From the NCBI GenBank assembly GCA_963704165.1, contig CAVPHD010000012.1, forward strand, positions 1 to 64,000: a stretch of 64,000 nucleotides of DNA, given 5' to 3'. Made by a program: the position numbers and the translations under genes. Below, one piece after another: positions 36,091 through 45,850 of this stretch. The notes under the pieces are model-generated. The model ran no database searches. It was given only the letters and a program-made list of their open reading frames with translations, and had not been told where the DNA came from. This DNA is from an uncultured delta proteobacterium. GTDB lineage: Bacteria > Myxococcota_A > UBA9160 > SZUA-336. Numbering within the stretch: position 1 is the stretch's first letter; each line of letters starts with the position of its first letter.

Positions 36091-37947
36091 TTGGAAGTCC
36101 TGATCGTCGAAGACAATCGAGCGCTCGCCCGGTCGCTCGCGCATGCGCTCGAGCAAGCCGGCTACAGCTGCCGTCAAGCCCACGACGGCATCGCTGCGCT
36201 CGCGGCCGTCGGCAAGGCCGCCCCTGATCTGATCCTGATCGATCTGCTGCTGCCTCGAAAGGACGGGCAGAGCGTGATCGCGACGCTCCACGCCGCCGAC
36301 GCGACGCGCAGCATCCCGATCATCGCGATGAGCGGAGTCTTTCGCGGAGCCGATCCGGCGAAGAGCGTCATCAACGCGGGTGCTCGGGCGTTCCTCGAGA
36401 AGCCGTTCGAGATCGCGGAGCTTCTCGATCGGGTCTCGCGCCTGATCGGTCGGCCGATCGCAACCAAGACCGAGCCTTCGGCCGACGCGCTCGATCTCGC
36501 GAAGGTGCCGGCGATCGAGGTGCTCTGGAGCGCGATGCAGGCTCGCACCACCGGCGCGGTCCACTTCGAGTTCGGAAAGCGCCACAAGGTCGTCATCCTG
36601 GATGCGGGCCGACCCCTCGCGGTGCGTTCGAACCTGGCGCGCGAATCCCTCGGCCGGCGGCTTCGCGAGGCCGGCATGATCGACGAGCAGATCTTCGAAG
36701 TGGCGCTGCGGAACTCGAAGGCGACCGGAAAGCGCCACGGCGAGGTCCTGGTCGAGATGGGTGCGATCGGAGAGCGCGAGCTCGATGCCGCGCTCGCGGC
36801 GCAGTCGGCCGACAAGCTGCTCGACGTCCTCAGCTGGAGCGAAGGCCGCGCGTGGACACAACCCGGTGTACGGTCGATGAGCCTGTCTTCGGAGCTCTCG
36901 GGATGGACGCCGCGCGGGACGGTTCTCTCCGGGGTCGCTCGCGTGCAGGCGGCGATGATCGCGAAGCGCCTCGAGCCGTTTCTCGACTGCGAGGTCTCGC
37001 GAGAGAACCTCCACCTCGAGGACGATGAGAACACCGGCCCCGCGGCAGAGCTCTGGAATGCGCTCGATCGGCCGCAGCCCGTTCGGAGCCTGATGGGAGC
37101 GCACGCACCGGCTCTGTATGGGCTCTGGCTGATCGGCGTGCTCGACCTGCGCGCCGGCGGCGCAGCCGCGCCAGCGTCGCTTCCGGGCGTGGGCGCCAGC
37201 GCCGTCGAGGTCGAGCTGGAAGCGAAGCTGAACGAGGCGCTCCGCTCGTTCGAGGGCGCAAATCACTTCCAGGTTCTCGGGCTCGACACGAACGCGAGCG
37301 ACGACGACGTGCGCACGGCGTTCATGGCACTCGCAAAGGTCTTCCACCCCGACAAGGTCGGCCGGCGTGCACCCGGGCTCACGGAGCTCGCGGGTCGCGT
37401 CTTCACGCGCATCGCCGAGGCGAACGACGTGATCGGGCGCGCCGACGCGCGCGCAGCCTACACGCGCAAGCTGCAGGGCAGGCAAGACGCCTCGCTGGAT
37501 CGTCAGGCGGTGACTCGAATCCTGACCGCCGAGCAGCAGTTCCGGCGCGCGGAGGAGGCAGTCCGGAGAAAGGAATGGGACTCGGCACTCGAGAGCGTGC
37601 GCTGGGCGCTCGACCTCGACCCCGAGGAGGGAGAATTCCACTCGCTGCGCGGCTGGGTCATGTTCCTGAAGCAGCAGAACGAAGGCGGCGGCGATCCCGA
37701 GGCAGCGGTCGCACACTTGAAGCGAGGCATCGCGCTCGCTCCGCAGTCGCCCACCGGCTACTTCTACATCGGCCAGATCCGGAAGGCTTGCGGAGATGCG
37801 GCCGAAGCGGAGAGAATGTTCCGCAAGGCGATCGAGGTCCGGCCCAATCACGTCGATGCGCTGCGCGAGCTCCGTCTCATGCAGCTTCGACGGACCAAGG
37901 GCGAGGACACGATCGCGGGAAAGCTCTTCGGGAGGAAGAAGAAGTAG
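36091..37947 (+). CDS. Multidomain REC - DUF4388-like - DnaJ(J) - TPR protein
   Basis: N-terminal receiver (VEDN, DLLLP, EKPF), SNLARESLG segment, J-domain HFQVLG...FHPDK, C-terminal TPRs. Confidence 0.8.
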   Translation: MEVLIVEDNRALARSLAHALEQAGYSCRQAHDGIAALAAVGKAAPDLILIDLLLPRKDGQSVIATLHAADATRSIPIIAMSGVFRGADPAKSVINAGARAFLEKPFEIAELLDRVSRLIGRPIATKTEPSADALDLAKVPAIEVLWSAMQARTTGAVHFEFGKRHKVVILDAGRPLAVRSNLARESLGRRLREAGMIDEQIFEVALRNSKATGKRHGEVLVEMGAIGERELDAALAAQSADKLLDVLSWSEGRAWTQPGVRSMSLSSELSGWTPRGTVLSGVARVQAAMIAKRLEPFLDCEVSRENLHLEDDENTGPAAELWNALDRPQPVRSLMGAHAPALYGLWLIGVLDLRAGGAAAPASLPGVGASAVEVELEAKLNEALRSFEGANHFQVLGLDTNASDDDVRTAFMALAKVFHPDKVGRRAPGLTELAGRVFTRIAEANDVIGRADARAAYTRKLQGRQDASLDRQAVTRILTAEQQFRRAEEAVRRKEWDSALESVRWALDLDPEEGEFHSLRGWVMFLKQQNEGGGDPEAAVAHLKRGIALAPQSPTGYFYIGQIRKACGDAAEAERMFRKAIEVRPNHVDALRELRLMQLRRTKGEDTIAGKLFGRKKK

Positions 37948-38867
37948 TGGGCGTCGAGAAGACCGAGAGCGTCTGGCTCAACTCCAAGTTGATCCCTTGG
38001 GACGATGCCAACGTGCACATCCTCACCCACACGCTTCACTACGGGCTCGGGGTCTTCGAGGGTATCCGTTGCTACCGCGCCGACGACGGGCGCAGCACCG
38101 TCTTCCGGCTGAGGGAACACGTCGAGCGGCTCCACCTGTCGGCGAAGATCGTCGAGATCGCCATGCCCTACACCCGCGAACAGGTCGAAGCGGCGATCCT
38201 CGAGACGCTGCGAGCCAATGGGATGGCGGAGGGCTACATCCGCCCGATCGTGTACCTGGGCGCGGGCGCAATGGGGCTCCTGCCCAAAGACAATCCTACG
38301 CAGCTCGCGATCATCGTCTGGCCGTGGGGAGCGTACCTGGGTGACGAGGGGCTCGAGCGCGGCATCCGCGCCAAGGTCTCTTCGTACACACGCCACCACC
38401 CGAACGTGTCGATGACGAAGTCGAAGACCTGCGGCGACTACGTGAACTCGATCCTCGCCAAGCGTGAGGTCACGCGGCAGGGCTACGACGAAGCGATCAT
38501 GCTCGACACGAACGGCCTGGTCGCGGAGTGCAGCGGCGAGAACATCTTCATCGTGCGACGCGGCGTGCTGAAGACGCCCCCGCTCGTGTCCGTGCTCGAG
38601 GGCATCACGCGTGACTCCGTGATGAGGATCGCGCGCGACAAGGGCATCGAAGTCGTCGAGGCGAGCCTGACGCGCGACGAGGTCTACTGCGCGGACGAGG
38701 TCTTCCTGACCGGAACGGCGGCCGAGCTCACGCCCGTGCGCGAGATCGACGATCGCCAGATCGGCGCCGGCTCGCGCGGGCCGATCACGAAGACGATCCA
38801 GACGACCTTCTTCGACGCCGTCCACGGCCGCGACCGCAAGTACGAGAGCTGGCTGACGCCGGTCTGA
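37947..38867 (+). CDS. ilvE: Branched-chain amino acid aminotransferase
   Basis: [47 protein letters not shown]. Confidence 0.95.
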   Translation: MGVEKTESVWLNSKLIPWDDANVHILTHTLHYGLGVFEGIRCYRADDGRSTVFRLREHVERLHLSAKIVEIAMPYTREQVEAAILETLRANGMAEGYIRPIVYLGAGAMGLLPKDNPTQLAIIVWPWGAYLGDEGLERGIRAKVSSYTRHHPNVSMTKSKTCGDYVNSILAKREVTRQGYDEAIMLDTNGLVAECSGENIFIVRRGVLKTPPLVSVLEGITRDSVMRIARDKGIEVVEASLTRDEVYCADEVFLTGTAAELTPVREIDDRQIGAGSRGPITKTIQTTFFDAVHGRDRKYESWLTPV

Positions 38868-38903
38868 GCGTCTCGCCGCGAATCGGCGAGAGCGACCGAT
38901 CCG

Positions 38904-40436
38904 TCAGCCGATCGCGAAGCCGAAGATCTCGTCGAGGACGCGGTCTCGCTGCGAGTCGGTCAGGCCTTCGTCGATCGGCAGCAAGAGACCCGTCGCGCGC
39001 GCATGCTCGGCCGCGGGCAGAGCCGCGAGCTCGCGATCCGTGAGCGGAAGCCGCAGGCGCCTCGTCTCGATTCCGCTCTCGGCGAGCAGCTTGGCGAGAT
39101 CGTCGGCCGCGGTGCGGGCGAATCGCGTCAGGCGAAGCAGGTAGTCGGAGTAGGTCGAGAGCGCGTGCTCGGGCGTCGGCGGGACGCGGAACGCGTCGTA
39201 GCGTGAGAACTCGGCGGAGTACGCGCTCGCGAGCCGGCGACGCGCGGAAATCCGGTCGTCCCAGTGGACGAACGCGCGGCGAGCCGCGCCCGCGAGCCCA
39301 TCGCCGATGCGCTGCTCCGAGAGTCGGGGCGCCAACGCCTCCGCCAGCTGCGCCGGCAGCGCGACGAGGCAGGCCTGGTAGCCGGGCGCGTGCGCGCCCA
39401 GCGGCAGCCGGAAGATGCAGACACAGGGACTGCGACCGAGCCGCGAGCCGTCGAACCGGGCGCCGAGGCTCTCGCCGCCATCCTCGAAGAGCTCGAGGCC
39501 GCGCTCCTCGGCCAGACCGTAGAGGGCGTCGAGCTCGGCGGACTGGCCGAGCGGGTGCGCGACGAGGATCGCTCGCGTTCGCGAGCCGATGGCGGCGGCG
39601 GCCGCGGCGGCCGAGAGCGTCAATCGTTCCGGATGAACGTCGGCGAAGACGGGTCGCAGGCCCGCCGCACGCAGCGCCTCGAGCGCAACGGCGGAAACCA
39701 CCCCGGGAACGACCACCTCGTCGTCGGGGCGCAGTCCGATCTCGCCCGCGAGCGCGACGAACGCTTCGCCGGGCGAGCGCAGCGCGAGCACTCGATCGGC
39801 ACCGAGATACGCGGCGACCTCGCGCTCGAGCGACTCGGTCTCCGGGCCGGGATCGGGACTCGCGACGAGATGTGCGAGACGGTCGCCGTCCGCGCGAGGG
39901 CTCTCGAAGCGGACGATTCCGGGCGCCTCCTCGCGCGCAGGTACGAGCTCGTCGAGAAACGACTCGAGGCACTCGCCGATCGAATCGACCATACACTGAT
40001 ACGCGTCGGCATCATCGGCGCCGGGCGCGATCCCGGCGATGTCGCGTTGGAACACATCCTGACCGCGCTGACGCAGGACGATTCCCGGACAGCCGGGACT
40101 GGAGAAGCGATCGAGGACTTCGACCAGACCCAACCGGCAGTTCCCCGCGATCGAGACGGGCACGGACCCACTCGCCCCGAGCGCGATCGCGAGATCCGGG
40201 CGGATCCGATCCTCGAGCCAGCGTACGATCTCCTCGCCGAGTTTCTGTCCGTTCCGCGCCGGGATCCCGGCGCGGTCGCAGATCTCGAGGACTTCGGGAC
40301 AGAAGTCGCGCTCCGAACCGTTCTCGACGCCGATGAACGCGACCACGCGGTCCCCGCGCTCGAGCAAGCGCTCGAGCACGCACACCGCGCGATAGGTGCT
40401 CCCGATCAGCAGGATTCTCGGTCCGTTCGAGCTCAT
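38904..40436 (-). CDS. Fusion of formyltransferase-like and DegT/DnrJ aminotransferase-like domains; catalytic motifs degenerate
   Basis: N-terminus resembles ArnA/Fmt but lacks NxHxSLLP; C-terminus has PVFADV, TRAILVAH and FEDGGESLGA but no PLP Lys. Confidence 0.75.
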   Translation of the reverse strand: MSSNGPRILLIGSTYRAVCVLERLLERGDRVVAFIGVENGSERDFCPEVLEICDRAGIPARNGQKLGEEIVRWLEDRIRPDLAIALGASGSVPVSIAGNCRLGLVEVLDRFSSPGCPGIVLRQRGQDVFQRDIAGIAPGADDADAYQCMVDSIGECLESFLDELVPAREEAPGIVRFESPRADGDRLAHLVASPDPGPETESLEREVAAYLGADRVLALRSPGEAFVALAGEIGLRPDDEVVVPGVVSAVALEALRAAGLRPVFADVHPERLTLSAAAAAAAIGSRTRAILVAHPLGQSAELDALYGLAEERGLELFEDGGESLGARFDGSRLGRSPCVCIFRLPLGAHAPGYQACLVALPAQLAEALAPRLSEQRIGDGLAGAARRAFVHWDDRISARRRLASAYSAEFSRYDAFRVPPTPEHALSTYSDYLLRLTRFARTAADDLAKLLAESGIETRRLRLPLTDRELAALPAAEHARATGLLLPIDEGLTDSQRDRVLDEIFGFAIG

Positions 40437-40596
40437 GACTTCTCGCGACCCCGAAAAGCAATCCGCGTGCCCGCGACAGGAGCGACGGTGGCGGAAGCGC
40501 TGCGACAGACGCGCCGCGAAACGTCTTGATTCCGGCACGGAGCGTCAGGATTCGAACGCCCGGCGGCGACGCGTCGGCCCGTGCTAGGTTTTTGGC

Positions 40597-41751
40597 GTGA
40601 GCCTCCACGTCCCCCGCAATCCCACACGTCGAGTGCAGGCCGGTCCGGTCGCGATCGGCGCGGGCGCCCCGATCACCGTGCAGAGCATGTGCGCGACCCA
40701 CACCCAGAACGTGGCCGCGACGGTGGAGCAGGCGGAGGCGCTCGCCCGCGCCGGCGCCGCACTCGTACGCGTGGCGGTGGACAGCAAAGCCGATGCCGAA
40801 GCGCTGGCCGAGATCCACGCGCGAACGCCCGTGCCGCTCGTCGTCGACCTGCAGGAGAGCTATCGCCTCGCGCCCGCGGTGGCGAAGCACATCGCCAAGC
40901 TGCGCTACAACCCCGGCCACCTGCACCACCACGAGCGTGGCCGCAGCACGCGCGACAAGGTCGCCTGGCTCGCCGACGTCGCGGGCGCCGCCGGATGCGC
41001 GCTTCGGGTCGGCGTGAACTGCGGCTCGGTCGCGCCCGAGTACGACGAGCGCTTTCCGGGCGACTCGATCGGCGCGATGGTGGCGTGCGCCGTCGAGCAC
41101 TGCGCGCTCCTCGACGAGCTGGGGTTCACGAACTTCGTCGTGTCGCTCAAGGATTCCGATCCTGCAAAGGTGATCGAGGCGAACGAGCGCTTCGCGCGCG
41201 AGCGTCCGGACGTTCCCCTCCACCTCGGCGTCACCGAAGCGGGACTCCTGCCGATGGGCGAGATCAAGACCCGGATGGCCTTCGAGAAGCTGCTCGCACG
41301 CGGCATCGGCGACACGCTCCGCGTCTCCCTCACGCTCCCCAACGATCGCAAGGACGAGGAGGTCCGGGTCGGTCTGCGCATCCTCGCGGACGTCGAGGCC
41401 GGGCGTTTTCTCACGGTCCCCGATCTCGAGGGCCTCAACATCATCTCGTGCCCATCGTGCTCGCGCGTCGAGAACGAGGCGTTCGTCGAGCTGGCCGAGA
41501 AGGTCCGAGATCTGACCCGCTACGCGGCCGACTACGACGTCACGATCGCCGTCATGGGCTGCCGCGTGAACGGTCCCGGCGAGACCGACGACGCGGACCT
41601 CGGACTCTGGTGCGGACCCCGCGCCGTCAATCTGAAACGCGGCGGCGAGAAGCTCGGCGCCTTCGGCTACGACGAAGTTCTGGTGCGACTGAAGGACGAG
41701 CTCGATCGCATCATCGCGTCGCGCGTCCGGCGCGGCGAGGTGCAGGCGTGA
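40597..41751 (+). CDS. ispG: HMBPP synthase
   Basis: [45 protein letters not shown]. Confidence 0.95.
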   Translation: MSLHVPRNPTRRVQAGPVAIGAGAPITVQSMCATHTQNVAATVEQAEALARAGAALVRVAVDSKADAEALAEIHARTPVPLVVDLQESYRLAPAVAKHIAKLRYNPGHLHHHERGRSTRDKVAWLADVAGAAGCALRVGVNCGSVAPEYDERFPGDSIGAMVACAVEHCALLDELGFTNFVVSLKDSDPAKVIEANERFARERPDVPLHLGVTEAGLLPMGEIKTRMAFEKLLARGIGDTLRVSLTLPNDRKDEEVRVGLRILADVEAGRFLTVPDLEGLNIISCPSCSRVENEAFVELAEKVRDLTRYAADYDVTIAVMGCRVNGPGETDDADLGLWCGPRAVNLKRGGEKLGAFGYDEVLVRLKDELDRIIASRVRRGEVQA

Positions 41752-42131
41752 GACTCCTGCACACGATGCTTCGAGTCGGAGATCTCGAGCGATCGATCGC
41801 GTTCTACACCGGACCGCTCGAGATGAAGCTCTTGCGAAGACGCGATTTCCCGGGAGGCCGATTCACGCTCGCGTTCCTCGGGTACGGCAGTGAAAGCGAG
41901 ACGGCCGTGCTCGAGCTGACACACAATTGGGACACCCCTCGCTACGAGATCGGCACCGGCTACGGCCACGTGGCGATCGCCGTCGACGACATCCACGCGA
42001 CTTGCGCGCGGATGCGCGACGACGGAGTGAAGATCACACGCGAGCCCGGTCCGATGCAGCACGGCACGACGGTCATCGCCTTCGTCGAAGATCCAGACGG
42101 TTACAAGATCGAGCTCATCCAGCGCCCGTGA
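41748..42131 (+). CDS. gloA: Lactoylglutathione lyase
   Basis: [41 protein letters not shown]. Confidence 0.95.
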   Translation: MRLLHTMLRVGDLERSIAFYTGPLEMKLLRRRDFPGGRFTLAFLGYGSESETAVLELTHNWDTPRYEIGTGYGHVAIAVDDIHATCARMRDDGVKITREPGPMQHGTTVIAFVEDPDGYKIELIQRP

Positions 42132-42173
42132 CCGAAGGAGCGCGTCGCGCGGCGATCCGCGCGGCGGAGCTCC

Positions 42174-43136
42174 TCAGGCGAGCTCCCAGCGCCCGCTCGT
42201 CAGGCTGCGGTAGCCCGCGTGGATCCAGGCGAGCGTCTGTGCACCGGAATCGATGCGACGCTCGGCGCTGCGGCACTCGCGCAGGAAGTCGTTCATGACC
42301 GCGGCGAGCGTGGTGATCGAGTCGAGCTCGGCGGCGATGATCTCTTCGCGACCGTCCTCGTGACGCAGGACCGCTTGCGCGTTGCCGAGCACGATCTCGC
42401 CGCGATCGCCGATGCAACGCGCGATCGGCCGAATCGGAAGGTCGTTCCACGAGACGCGAAGCATCCCGACGACGCCTCCGTCGTGCTCGGTCTCGATCCA
42501 CGCCTCGTCCTCGACGTCCGCGCCCTGAAGGTGGGCGGCGTCGATCACTCGAATGCGCCGGACCGGGCCCGCGAAGGATTCGACCGCATCGAGCGCATCC
42601 TGCCCGAGCTCCATCCAGACTCCGCCACCCGAGAGCGCGGGGTCGCCGCGCCAGCCTTCGCGCGCGTCGCGCTTCACGCCCAGCGATATCTCGACCGCGC
42701 AGAGCCGGCCGATTGCGCCCGCGTCGATCCGCTGGCGCGAAGCCGTCACGGACGCCGCCGAGCGCAGACGACTGCCGGTGACGACGCAGCGGTCGGCGCG
42801 CTCGGAGATCTCCGCGATCCGGTCCGCGTCTGCGGGGGTGGTCGCCAGCGGTGGCTCGAGCAGCAGATCGACGCCCGCGCGGAGGAGCGGTTCGGCGAGC
42901 TCGAGATGAAGGGACGGCGGCGTGCATACGAGCGCGATGCGCGGAACGCAGCCCGCGTCGAGCATCGCGATCACGCTCGCGAAGCCCCTCGCCCGCGTCC
43001 CTCGCGTCCGTCCCAGGTCCGGATCGACCACCGCCTCGAGGGAGATCTCCGGGAATTCCGCTAGCAGCTCGAGCCAGTCGCGGGCCGCGCGTCCGGCTCC
43101 GATCAACGCAATCGACTTCACCAGCACCGCAGGCAT
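42174..43136 (-). CDS. Gfo/Idh/MocA-family oxidoreductase-like protein, catalytic motifs degenerate
   Basis: IGAG Rossmann start, CTPPSLH, EPP in place of EKP, GGGVWMELGQDALD in place of GGG..DxxxH. Confidence 0.8.
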   Translation of the reverse strand: MPAVLVKSIALIGAGRAARDWLELLAEFPEISLEAVVDPDLGRTRGTRARGFASVIAMLDAGCVPRIALVCTPPSLHLELAEPLLRAGVDLLLEPPLATTPADADRIAEISERADRCVVTGSRLRSAASVTASRQRIDAGAIGRLCAVEISLGVKRDAREGWRGDPALSGGGVWMELGQDALDAVESFAGPVRRIRVIDAAHLQGADVEDEAWIETEHDGGVVGMLRVSWNDLPIRPIARCIGDRGEIVLGNAQAVLRHEDGREEIIAAELDSITTLAAVMNDFLRECRSAERRIDSGAQTLAWIHAGYRSLTSGRWELA

Positions 43137-43199
43137 CGTGGCCTCCTCTGAATCACTCGACGACAGAACGGGCCAGCGCTCTCGGGAGCGCCGATTCGA

Positions 43200-44471
43200 C
43201 TAGACGGCGGCAGCGGTCTCGCGCGCGAGCGTCACGTCCGAATCCCAGCCGACGCGGCGCGGATACGCCTGCGCGGAGTTGCAGAGCAGCACGCGCGTGT
43301 TCGGAATCCGCGTGGGCAGACGCCTCGAGAGCTGGCCGAGCAGCGTGATCGGCTCCGCGTGCCTGTCTCGGGTCACGTATACGCCGTCGATCGCGGCCGT
43401 ATCGAACTTCGGGAACCAGCGCGTGATCGTATTCACCGCCTGTTTGCCGAGCACGTCTTCGGGCAGATTGAACGAATCCGTGTGCGGACCGCAGTCCCCT
43501 CGGACGTAGATCAGGTGCCAACCCTCGATCGACTCACTCGACGCGACGTGGGTGGCCTCGACCACCAACTGGAACGGGGTCGTGTTTCCGATCAGCGCGG
43601 TCTGATAGTGCGGACCGAGCCTGCGCCGCGACACGATCAGAGCCGTCACCCGGCCCTGGTACGGAACGTCCAGGTTCGGCAGCTCGCGTGCCAGGCGCGG
43701 GCGCGCGAGCTTGGCGAGCTCGCCCGGTGCCAGGGTCGAGATCACGCTGTCGAAGCGCTCCTCGGTGCCGTGAAGCTCGATGCTCGCGTGCGTCTCCGAG
43801 GTCTCGACCGCGCTCACGAAAGCGTGCAGCCGCACCTCTCCGCCGCGCTTTTCGATCGATCGGCGCAGCCGTTCCGCGAACCAGATTCCACCACCGCGCA
43901 GGTAGCCGAAGAGCTCGCGCCGGCCGGTTTGGTAGGCATTGAGCTGGCGCCAGGCCCAGTACGCGGGGACTTCGTCCACGTACTCGCCGAATCGGCTCTC
44001 CAGGAACGGGCGCCAGGACGACTCGTAGACACGGCGTCCGAAGATCCGCGGCAGCCATTCGGAGACCGACACGGTGTCCAGGTGCAGCGCGTAGCGTTTC
44101 AGCTTCGTCGCGTACGCGAGGCCCGCCGCAGCGCGCAAGCCATCCACCGGGCTGAGGCCGAGGCAGCGAAGGAGATCCCGGGTAGTGGACACCGGGTAGT
44201 GTCGACCCTCGATCGCCACGGCCGAGCGCGTCGGCTGCCACGAAACGCGGCCAAGGCCGCCGAGCTCACCGAGCAGTCCACACAATGCGGTGTCGGTGTT
44301 CCGGAGGGCGTGCGAGCTGCCGTCGAGACGCAATCCCGAATGTTCGATCGGCGTGCCGCGCGGGCCGATCCAGCCGGATGCCTCGAGCACGACCGGAATG
44401 TGCCCCGCCTTGGCCAGGTAGTGCGCACACGCCAGTCCGGCGATGCCACCGCCGAGAATCGCGATCCTCAT
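43200..44471 (-). CDS. FAD-dependent oxidoreductase (amine oxidase / protoporphyrinogen oxidase-like), divergent
   Basis: MRIAILGGGIAGLACA, FGYLRGG, FDSVIST, SAQAYP. Confidence 0.8.
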   Translation of the reverse strand: MRIAILGGGIAGLACAHYLAKAGHIPVVLEASGWIGPRGTPIEHSGLRLDGSSHALRNTDTALCGLLGELGGLGRVSWQPTRSAVAIEGRHYPVSTTRDLLRCLGLSPVDGLRAAAGLAYATKLKRYALHLDTVSVSEWLPRIFGRRVYESSWRPFLESRFGEYVDEVPAYWAWRQLNAYQTGRRELFGYLRGGGIWFAERLRRSIEKRGGEVRLHAFVSAVETSETHASIELHGTEERFDSVISTLAPGELAKLARPRLARELPNLDVPYQGRVTALIVSRRRLGPHYQTALIGNTTPFQLVVEATHVASSESIEGWHLIYVRGDCGPHTDSFNLPEDVLGKQAVNTITRWFPKFDTAAIDGVYVTRDRHAEPITLLGQLSRRLPTRIPNTRVLLCNSAQAYPRRVGWDSDVTLARETAAAV

Positions 44472-44931
44472 CCGACTACTCCCGCTCGCCCCGAAACGCG
44501 ACCGGCGATCCGCTCCAATCGCCCGTCCAGCGCACTCGGCTCTCGCAAGCGAGATGCCAGCTCGATCGATCGCATGGGGGGGTGAGTGACGAGACGGCCA
44601 CCGCGTCGCTGGGTGTCCAACATCCACAGGCAGAAACGGACTCAATGAAGCCAGTCTCTTGGCGAATCATACACGAACAGACGCGAACGTTGGGACAAAT
44701 TCCTGGCGGGGCTCCCGAAGATACGAGCCCGCTTCTGACACACGTCGCGCGGATCGAGTGTGCCGTGGGTTCGCTTAGTGGGAGCGCACTTCCCAGTTCC
44801 AGGCGGGGAAGCGATCGTCGTGCGCAACCGACACGAGAAGTGATTGGAATCGCTTTGCTTGTTCGCTCCGGTGCCGGGCAGATGAGACGCGCGGTCGGAG
44901 GAGCGCGTAGACTCCGACGAGGAGGATACGC

Positions 44932-45843
44932 ATGGCATCCGTCGCACTTCCGGCCGTGAGCCTCGCCGCCGTTCCGGGTCGTCGCCGCGCGACGCTCGAG
45001 CTCGCGCGAGAGATCGAACGCCGCGGTTTCGCCGGGATCTACTGCCCGAGCTTCGGGGATGGCCTCGGTCTCTGCGAAGCGCTCGCATTCGCGACCGAGC
45101 GAATTCCGTTTGGCACGAGCATCGCCAACATCTACGTGCGACACGTCGCGGACTACGCGCAGACGGCCTCACTGATCCACGAGCTCTCCGGCGGGCGATT
45201 TCGTTTCGGCGTCGGCGTCTCGCACGGACCGGCTCTCGACCGTCTGGGCGTGAAGGCGGGGCCACCGCTGGGCGACATGCGCGCGTTCGTCTCATCGCTG
45301 CATGCGAACCCACGCCTCGGAGAGCAGCCACCGGTGGTGCTCGCGACGCTGCGCAAACGGATGATCGGGCTGGCCGCCGAGGTCGCGCAGGGGATGGTCT
45401 TCGCGAACGGCGCGCGCTCGCACATGCGCGAATCTCTCGAAGCGCTGCCGGCGTCCCGCGCGAACGACCCCGCGTTCTTCATCGGCAACATGATTCCGAC
45501 CTGCATCTCCGACGACGTCGCGGCCGCGGCGGCGACGAACCGACGCACGCTGATCGGCTACGTCTCGATGCCGAACTACCGCAACTACTGGCGCGAAGCC
45601 GGCTACGTCGAAGAGATGAACGCGATCGAGGCGGCGGTGACGGCGAAGGACTTCGAGCGCGTCCCGGCGCTGATGACCGACCGCTGGCTCGCGGACGTCA
45701 CCCTCTTCGGCCCCGCCTCGCGCGTTCGCGAGGGCCTCGAGGCATGGTACGACGCGGGTATCCGCACGCCGATCCTGGTGCCCTCCTCGGCGGCCGGCAA
45801 TCAGATGAAGGCGTTCGAAGAGCTCTTCGCCTGCATGTCGTAG
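44932..45843 (+). CDS. LLM-class flavin-dependent oxidoreductase
   Basis: ATERIPFGTSIANIY, ELSGGRFRFGVGVSH, PNYRNYW. Confidence 0.85.
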   Translation: MASVALPAVSLAAVPGRRRATLELAREIERRGFAGIYCPSFGDGLGLCEALAFATERIPFGTSIANIYVRHVADYAQTASLIHELSGGRFRFGVGVSHGPALDRLGVKAGPPLGDMRAFVSSLHANPRLGEQPPVVLATLRKRMIGLAAEVAQGMVFANGARSHMRESLEALPASRANDPAFFIGNMIPTCISDDVAAAAATNRRTLIGYVSMPNYRNYWREAGYVEEMNAIEAAVTAKDFERVPALMTDRWLADVTLFGPASRVREGLEAWYDAGIRTPILVPSSAAGNQMKAFEELFACMS

Positions 45844-45850
45844 CGGGGCG

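Noticed and set aside
44845..44859. Sigma54 promoter-like TGGAATCGCTTTGCT
   Set aside because: The GG-to-GC spacing is 9 nt rather than the required 10.
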